From an uncultured Dorea sp. (GTDB lineage Bacteria; Bacillota; Clostridia; Lachnospirales; Lachnospiraceae), in the NCBI GenBank assembly GCA_947645355.1, contig CANSCI010000001.1, positions 13,638 through 77,637 on the forward strand: a DNA stretch of 64,000 bases, written 5' to 3'. Position numbers and translations under genes: made by a program. Positions 58,947 to 64,000 of the stretch are shown in pieces. Below the pieces are notes generated by a model. That model did no database searches. It was not told the DNA's origin and saw only the letters and a list, made by a program, of their open reading frames with translations. Position 1 is the first letter of the stretch. Every line of letters begins with the position of its first letter.

Positions 58947-60425
58947 TTATTTTTTCAAAGGTTTGTAGCTGCTTTTGGCTACTCTCTTTGTCTCTGTTAC
59001 GTTTCCGTTTGCATCATAGTATTTGCGGTAAGTCTCGGCGCTTAGCTCGCCGGTTTCCTTTACCTCTACTTCTATTTTTCTCACATCTGCTTTTGCCCCG
59101 AGGATCTTGAAGGTAATCGTTCCGCCGCTGTAGGAAGCAGAGATCTTGACAGGGTATGTCAGATTGTTCTTGAACTTGAATTCCGGTCCGCCCCAGGAGA
59201 CGGCAGCATCCATGCCCATCGGCAGATAAGAGACAGGCATCGAGTGGTTGGAACGTGTCACGATCTCAAGATCTGTGTGCAGCAGTGCGGCGAATAATGT
59301 GGAGGAAACCTGACAGATGCCGCCGCCCAGCTGCTCCACAACTTCTCCGTCCGAGTATGCACCAGCCGGCTGATAGCCTCTGGCCGCGGTTCTTTCTCCC
59401 AGGACATCATTATAGGAGAAAGTCTCTCCGGGGAGAAGGATCACGCCGTTGCAAGAGTTTACGGCAAGGCCGATATTAGCTTTTCTTCCTGCAGAGCCCC
59501 CGCCGTTGGTAGAATAGCTTGCAAGTTCTGCCTGAAAGAGGTTCGCTGTCAGGTCTTCGGTGGTAATATCTGCTTTGTCCACGGCAAGCGGAACCTCAAA
59601 CTGTCCGCCGGGCTCGCAGGCATCATAACTGCTCTGTGCTGCCGCGGGGTCAAAAGAGATGCCGTCCTTTGATGGAATAACTGCATAATTATTTTCCTTG
59701 TCCAGTGAGGCGTTTTGTTTTTCCTGGCAGATTTCTTCATGTATTTTAGAAAAGTCAACTCCGGTTGGCTCTTTTTCAATCAACGGACATTCGATGGTGC
59801 TGGTATAATCATGCTTCTTAATAGAGGATATAATAAGTTCCTTCAGCTTCTCGAAATCTGCGTTCGCTGTTTTCTGGCCTTTATGTACGACAAGGGCAGT
59901 GTCTGTCTGTTCCCATGTGGTATCTCCTGCCGGATCATGGTCAGGCAGTCCGGATACTGTGACAGCTTCCCCGATTTTTTCCGGCTGTTTTGCATATGGG
60001 TATGCACTGATTTGCTGGTTTTCCCTGTACAGCGTGCGCGCCAGCACCCAGTCTATGCCCCGCATCAGAAAGTGGCGGTGTCCGATACGGTAGGCGTCTT
60101 TTAATTCCGTTGAAGAATCAAAATCAAGTACCGAAGAGATATTTATAGAATATGTCTGGCCGTTTAACAGGACAGGCAGGGATGTGTCGGCATATTTTGT
60201 CTTGAAATCCTCTGTTAACGCATCGGCCGCCGCCTTCTTTGTCATTCCTTTCAGGGATATGCCGTTGACAGTAACATTTTTCCAGATGACATGATCCTCA
60301 AGCATGTAACATGCCAGACAGTACAGAGCAATCAGGCTGATTAGAAAAACAGAAGCGGCAAGCCGTCTTTTTAATATCTTTTTTCTGTTTAATTTTCTTT
60401 TGGTCTTCTTGTTTTTAGTCTTCAT
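58947..60425 (-). CDS. VanW-domain membrane-anchored protein (YoaR-like)
   Basis: Basic N-terminus plus TM, R..NI.LA...NG..L.PGE.FSYN, GGGICQVSSTLF, NHS..V.Y...G.DA. Confidence 0.88.
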   Translation of the reverse strand: MKTKNKKTKRKLNRKKILKRRLAASVFLISLIALYCLACYMLEDHVIWKNVTVNGISLKGMTKKAAADALTEDFKTKYADTSLPVLLNGQTYSINISSVLDFDSSTELKDAYRIGHRHFLMRGIDWVLARTLYRENQQISAYPYAKQPEKIGEAVTVSGLPDHDPAGDTTWEQTDTALVVHKGQKTANADFEKLKELIISSIKKHDYTSTIECPLIEKEPTGVDFSKIHEEICQEKQNASLDKENNYAVIPSKDGISFDPAAAQSSYDACEPGGQFEVPLAVDKADITTEDLTANLFQAELASYSTNGGGSAGRKANIGLAVNSCNGVILLPGETFSYNDVLGERTAARGYQPAGAYSDGEVVEQLGGGICQVSSTLFAALLHTDLEIVTRSNHSMPVSYLPMGMDAAVSWGGPEFKFKNNLTYPVKISASYSGGTITFKILGAKADVRKIEVEVKETGELSAETYRKYYDANGNVTETKRVAKSSYKPLKK

Positions 60426-60669
60426 GTCAATAGCTTCCTTTGTGGTTTTTATGTCTTGTCCTTCGAGTTTTAGCCATTATAACGCACTTGCGTGAGGTTG
60501 GAAAGCATCTTATGGAAAAAGAAATAATTGTTTAAGAAATGTTAATAATTTCATAATAGAATCGGGAGGTTTCCCGAATTGAAATTATTTGGCAGATATG
60601 GTAGAATTGAGAAAAATCCAGAAAATAATTGAGATTTAAGGGGCTCAAAAATACGGAGGTTATAGATTT

Positions 60670-61347
60670 ATGGAAAGCTACAAGCAGGAATTTATTGAAT
60701 TTATGGTAGAGAGCGACGTGCTTAAGTTTGGAGAATTTACCTTGAAGAGTGGAAGGAAATCTCCATTTTTTATGAATGCAGGAGCCTATGTTACAGGGAC
60801 GCAGCTCCTCAGGCTTGGTGAATACTATGCAAAGGCGATTCATGACAATTACGGGCTGGATTTTGATGTGCTGTTCGGTCCTGCCTACAAAGGAATTCCG
60901 CTGGCTGTTGCCGCTACAATGGCCATCAGCAAATTATACGGAAAAGACATCCGCTACTGCTCCAACAGAAAAGAAGTGAAGGATCACGGAGACGCGGGCA
61001 TATTACTTGGAAGCGGGCTTGAGGACGGGGACAGAGTCGTGATCATTGAGGACGTGACAACCTCCGGCAAGTCCATTGAAGAGACATTTCCAATCATCAA
61101 GGCACAGGCAGATGTTGAGGTGAAAGGGCTCATGGTTTCTCTGAACCGTATGGAGGTCGGAAAAGGCGGGGAGAAATGTGCTCTTGACGAAGTGAAGGAA
61201 CTGTATGGACTTGATACGGCGGCGATTGTAACCATGGAGGAAGTAGTCGAGTATCTGTATAACAGGGAGTGCCGGGGAAAAATTGTGATTGATGATAGAT
61301 TAAAAGATGCAATTGATGCATATTATAAACAGTATGGTGTGAGATAA
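60670..61347 (+). CDS. pyrE: Orotate phosphoribosyltransferase
   Basis: FGEFTLKSGRKSPFF.N.G, FGPAYKGIP, NRKEVKDHG, IIEDVTTSGKS. Confidence 0.96.
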   Translation: MESYKQEFIEFMVESDVLKFGEFTLKSGRKSPFFMNAGAYVTGTQLLRLGEYYAKAIHDNYGLDFDVLFGPAYKGIPLAVAATMAISKLYGKDIRYCSNRKEVKDHGDAGILLGSGLEDGDRVVIIEDVTTSGKSIEETFPIIKAQADVEVKGLMVSLNRMEVGKGGEKCALDEVKELYGLDTAAIVTMEEVVEYLYNRECRGKIVIDDRLKDAIDAYYKQYGVR

Positions 61348-61364
61348 GCACAGGAGGGATCAGC

Positions 61365-61517
61365 ATGAATGAAAAGGTATATAAAGCAATGACATTTGCA
61401 GGGATTTCCAATATTGCAATCGGGATTTTGTTGACAGTTGTTGGGATTACAACCGGAATTATTACGATTATCAGCGGCGCGCGTCTGCTGAAAGATAAAA
61501 AGGGGCTTACATTTTAG
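61365..61517 (+). CDS. Small 50-aa membrane protein (below ORF-track cutoff)
   Basis: RBS aggagg. MNEKVYKAMTFAGISNIAIGILLTVVGITTGIITIISGARLLKDKKGLTF*. Confidence 0.7.
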   Translation: MNEKVYKAMTFAGISNIAIGILLTVVGITTGIITIISGARLLKDKKGLTF

Positions 61518-61547
61518 TGCGGTACAGGTTAAAGGGGTGCTAAGTTT

Positions 61548-62054
61548 TTGAATTCCAGGAGAAGCAAAAGGGTTCGGGCCCTCGGGAAAATATTTTTTGT
61601 CTTATATATTATTTTTATTATATACTTCCTGCTGTTTTCCGACTGGTATGGACGTACCGGAGAGATGCAGGAATATCATTATAATCTGGAGCTTTTTAAA
61701 GAGATCAGAAGATTTTGGAATTACAGGCATCAGGTGGGCTTTTTTGCCATGTTCACCAATCTGTTCGGCAATGTGGTTATATTCATGCCGTTTGGTTTTT
61801 TTATGCCGATGGCAAGCAGGTACAGAAGCTTTTTTTCCACCTTGTTTTATAGCTTTGGATTGAGTCTGTGTGTGGAGACCTTTCAGCTTGTCACGAAGGT
61901 AGGCAGTTTTGATGTAGATGATTTGCTGCTCAATACCATAGGCGGAGTTGCCGGTTATATAATATTTGTTATCTGTGCGGCAATAAGGAGACAACATGAT
62001 CATAAAAAGAAAACAAAAAAGAACGGAAGACAGCAAGGGAAAAGCATCGGCTAA
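61548..62054 (+). CDS. VanZ-like membrane protein
   Basis: YNLELF, NLFGNV..FMPFG, SL.VE.FQ...VGSFDVDDLLLNT.GG. Confidence 0.9.
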   Translation: MNSRRSKRVRALGKIFFVLYIIFIIYFLLFSDWYGRTGEMQEYHYNLELFKEIRRFWNYRHQVGFFAMFTNLFGNVVIFMPFGFFMPMASRYRSFFSTLFYSFGLSLCVETFQLVTKVGSFDVDDLLLNTIGGVAGYIIFVICAAIRRQHDHKKKTKKNGRQQGKSIG

Positions 62055-62394
62055 GGCCAGGGAGAAGCAAAGAAAGAGGATGATCAGCACCAAATACGGG
62101 CAGACGAAGCTTCGGCATTCACGCCAGGGATTAAAGTCTTGTATTTATTGTGTGCTGACAGTATTTATACTTGTTCTCATGATTTCGGTCTCTTACACGG
62201 CGCAGGGAAAGGTCAGCATTTTAATAGGATTTGCGGGCCTTTTTGCACTTGTACTGGCGTGCTGCGGACTTGCGGCAGGAGTACGGGGATTTAAGGAGAG
62301 GGAAAAGAATTATGTCACATGTAAGATCGGAACGGTCTGTTCCTGCATTTTGGTGGCGGGAATGTGTGCAATATTTGTCAGGGGGCTGTTTTAA
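61996..62394 (+). CDS. Small membrane protein (DUF6142-like)
   Basis: Basic N-terminus, HSRQG..S, three TM helices. Confidence 0.65.
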   Translation: MIIKRKQKRTEDSKGKASAKAREKQRKRMISTKYGQTKLRHSRQGLKSCIYCVLTVFILVLMISVSYTAQGKVSILIGFAGLFALVLACCGLAAGVRGFKEREKNYVTCKIGTVCSCILVAGMCAIFVRGLF

Positions 62395-64000
62395 ATGATA
62401 GAAGAAAGATATGGACTTGCAATTATGCGGGTGAGAGGGATCGAAGAAGAAGAAACGACAGGGACAAAGTTCCGGGATTATTTCCGGCAGGCGGCCCGGT
62501 TTCTCATGCTGATTGATGAGACGAAGAGCAGGATCGAAGACGGCAGTTTTGCAGATGCAGAGCCCGCAGAATTGTCAGAGTGGAATATGCGTCTGTATGA
62601 GGATATCCTTCCGGGACATTATGAGGAGAGTTACGGGAATCCATCTTATGCGGCCAAGATGCTTGGGGCGGAGTATGGGCCGCTGCTTGCGGCCCTCTAT
62701 GCAGAACTTCGGGGAGCCATTGCGTGGGCATATGAGCAGAAGATAGAGTACCTGGATATTCTGTTTGAACTTTTTATCGAAATCTACAATCAGTTTGAGG
62801 AAGAGGAAGAGCCTGATATCAGGCAGATTAAGGATATTATTTACTGGTATGCCAGTGATTATTGCGATGTGTTTGTGGCTGACCGGATCCGGGAACAGAT
62901 TGACCCGGCAAAGGACTTTGCCGCAGACATTATTTTGAACAGTGATCTTCGTGATCTCCGGTATCTGTACAGGTTCGGTGAGTATATCAGCGAAAATGAG
63001 ATACGTACAGCGAAGCATCTGCTGTGCCAGACGGAAGAGACCATCGCGAAGATGGCGGAAGTATATACGGAAGGCTACCGGATGGGGTTTGTCAATACGG
63101 GGAAGGATCTTTCTAAGAAAGGAACCGTAAATATCCGGTATGTGCTTGGCTTTGAGCGGGTCATTAAAAAGGCTGTTGAGAATTTTCAAGATATGGGACT
63201 GCGTCCGGTTATCTACCGTTCCGGTGTCAGTATGCTGACAAAAAGGCAGCATCAAAAGGTCGGATATTACGGCGCGATTGCCAATAAGCAGTATGAATAT
63301 GATCACAGGAATGACCAGGCATTGTTTCTGGATAAAAAGTTTGTAGAGAGAAAGCTTGAGGTCATTCAGACCACATATGAGCATTACAAAGAAGAGGCAG
63401 GGAAGTTTGCGGGTCCTGCGTGCATTGAAATGTTTGGGGAAGAGCCATTTGTCCCGGTGCCGAAGGAAGAGGCGCTGAAGCTTTCCAAGAAACAGCAGGA
63501 GTTATCGGTCTTTTTTGATAATCGGCAGAGTCAGATTACCAATGAGTATATTCGTGGAGACGAGAGAAGTTTTACGATTATCGCATATCCGGTGCCGGAG
63601 ATCGGTGAACAGTATGAGGAGATTTTTGATGAGATTGTCCGGATCAATACACTGGATGCCAAAGTGTATGAAGAGGTACAGCAGACATTGATCGATGCGC
63701 TGGACCAGGGGGAGTATGTTCATGTTGCAGGTATGAATGGCAACCGGACAGATCTGACGATACGGCTCTTTCCGCTGAAGTGTCCGGAGAAAGAGACAGC
63801 CTTTGAAAATTGTACGGCGGATGTCAATATCCCGGTGGGGGAGGTATTTACCTCCCCGGTGCTGGCCGGAACGAACGGAGTGCTCCATGTAAGCAAGGTT
63901 TACCTGAATGAACTGCAGTATAAGGATCTGGAGTTTACCTTTGCAAACGGTATGATAGCAGATTATAATTGCGGAAATTTTTCGCGGGAGCTTGAAAATA
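62395..64000 (+). CDS. M29-type (AmpS/PepS-like) aminopeptidase, runs off the right edge
   Basis: ATG directly after the upstream TAA (MIEERYGLAIMR...). C-terminal FENCTADVNIPVGEVFTSPVL.GTNG.LHV. Missing from the ORF track because no stop occurs in the window. Confidence 0.8.
   Translation, partial: MIEERYGLAIMRVRGIEEEETTGTKFRDYFRQAARFLMLIDETKSRIEDGSFADAEPAELSEWNMRLYEDILPGHYEESYGNPSYAAKMLGAEYGPLLAALYAELRGAIAWAYEQKIEYLDILFELFIEIYNQFEEEEEPDIRQIKDIIYWYASDYCDVFVADRIREQIDPAKDFAADIILNSDLRDLRYLYRFGEYISENEIRTAKHLLCQTEETIAKMAEVYTEGYRMGFVNTGKDLSKKGTVNIRYVLGFERVIKKAVENFQDMGLRPVIYRSGVSMLTKRQHQKVGYYGAIANKQYEYDHRNDQALFLDKKFVERKLEVIQTTYEHYKEEAGKFAGPACIEMFGEEPFVPVPKEEALKLSKKQQELSVFFDNRQSQITNEYIRGDERSFTIIAYPVPEIGEQYEEIFDEIVRINTLDAKVYEEVQQTLIDALDQGEYVHVAGMNGNRTDLTIRLFPLKCPEKETAFENCTADVNIPVGEVFTSPVLAGTNGVLHVSKVYLNELQYKDLEFTFANGMIADYNCGNFSRELEN

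Noticed and set aside
58947-62054. Vancomycin resistance cluster (VanW and VanZ domains)
   Set aside because: No D-Ala-D-Lac/Ser ligase, VanH/X/Y or VanRS nearby. Both domains are common in non-resistant clostridia.

Overview
Chromosomal segment of a spore-forming gut Clostridia bacterium, most likely Lachnospiraceae (inferred from protein families and gene order). Bases 1 to ~12,600 are the right-hand end of a decaying accessory island. It carries a polyprenyl synthase/membrane protein/metallophosphoesterase operon between two stand-alone receiver proteins, and an AT-rich Tn916-like remnant (Orf7/Orf8-like genes, TetR-MFS cargo, oriT-like hairpins, no int/xis). It also holds two orphan 3' tails of the rRNA methyltransferase gene rlmD/rumA that bracket a KilA-N gene and an intact ApeA-like HEPN (R-x4-H) gene, followed by a mosaic of deletion-fused gene fragments. 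From ~12,660 onward the window is mostly core genome: secG-rnr-smpB, a two-component system, hisHF, ung, hflX, a dapF-like gene, addBA, a PadR/PspC module, ftsEX-M23-S41, the pyr genes and an M29 aminopeptidase running off the right edge. Inserted among these are an amidohydrolase/MFS/peptidase catabolic cluster and a heavy-metal ATPase pair. The best candidates for new biology are the HEPN cassette at the rlmD hotspot, a stand-alone gene encoding only the N-terminal domain of D-proline reductase PrdA, a DapF homologue with both catalytic Cys replaced by Ser, and a P1B-ATPase with systematically altered metal ligands. No rRNA, tRNA, tmRNA or CRISPR array was seen. All family calls come from motif recognition by eye, without database searches.
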